Origin: Gammaproteobacteria bacterium
GTDB taxonomy: Bacteria; Pseudomonadota; Gammaproteobacteria; Ga0077536
Assembly: GCA_963662545.2 (NCBI GenBank)
Contig: CAXXLL010000003.1
Span: forward strand, 2,910,395-2,974,394
Length of the DNA stretch: 64,000 nucleotides
Direction of reading: 5' to 3'
Under the pieces are notes generated by a model that ran no database searches, was not told the DNA's origin, and saw nothing but the letters and a program-made list of their open reading frames with translations. The translations under genes and the position numbers were made by a program. How positions within the stretch are numbered: position 1 is the first letter of the stretch; the number at the start of each line of letters is the position of its first letter. Positions 63,630-64,000 of this stretch are shown here, in pieces.

Positions 63630-64000
63630 TCATTTTACGGCGCCGGCCGCGCGTAAGTTTGCAATCTCGGCGTCGGAGCGGCCGAGCTCGGCGAGTATTT
63701 GATCGGTATGCTGCCCCAACATCGGTGATAGAAAACGGATTTCGGAAGGTGTGCGCCCAAACCTGGCAGGTGGGTTCGGTAGCCGTAGCGTGCCGCCGTG
63801 CTCGTGCTCCATCTCCCTGATCGAGTTACGGTGGCGAATCTGTGGATCGTCTGCCACTTCGTCCAAGGCATTGACCTTCGCAAAGGGGACTTCTTCTGCG
63901 TCTAATCGCCGGCAAATTTCGTCCGTTCGCCATTTGCTCAGTTCAGTGTCCAGAATATTACCGAGTTCGTCGATGTTTTTTAGCCGTGACGCCAGCGTCG
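63630..64000 (-). CDS. CaiB/BaiF CoA-transferase, C-terminal part (runs off the window)
   Basis: DPQIRHR..SPMLGQHTDQILAELG. Confidence 0.85.
   Translation of the reverse strand, partial: TLASRLKNIDELGNILDTELSKWRTDEICRRLDAEEVPFAKVNALDEVADDPQIRHRNSIREMEHEHGGTLRLPNPPARFGRTPSEIRFLSPMLGQHTDQILAELGRSDAEIANLRAAGAVK

Noticed and set aside
1-64000. CRISPR array, cas genes, rRNA, complete tRNA, reverse transcriptase
   Set aside because: No regularly spaced repeats or recognisable motifs seen by eye

Overview
Roughly the first 54.5 kb is a GC-rich, heavily IS-eroded genomic island. The last ~9.5 kb is ordinary proteobacterial housekeeping/metabolic DNA: hemerythrin, DsbA-like isomerase, ThDP enzyme, RidA, Pit + DUF47, PLP decarboxylase, DUF1329 and a CoA-transferase end. 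At its right end the island has a phage-satellite-like core on the minus strand (tyrosine integrase, DUF932, AlpA/Xis-like HTH, Toprim primase, NTPase/helicase). Downstream of the core lie five secreted proteins built from one shared unnamed module fused to trypsin-like protease, zincin or FN3-like domains; two of these genes share conserved upstream and downstream non-coding modules. The island also holds defence-type remnants (two HEPN-motif proteins, a Rad50/RloC-like ATPase split by IS630, a YhaO/YhaN pair, HsdM and RecD2 fragments, two secreted nucleases) and about 12 IS6 copies or fragments plus IS3, IS21, IS630, IS481-like, IS256 and IS110/IS1111 elements. The most specific signal is an IS1111-type element inserted in an IS6 transposase gene. 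Its 3' non-coding region contains short segments matching both strands of that insertion site and its own end, as expected for a bridge/seekRNA. All family assignments come from motif recognition by eye; no database searches were run.
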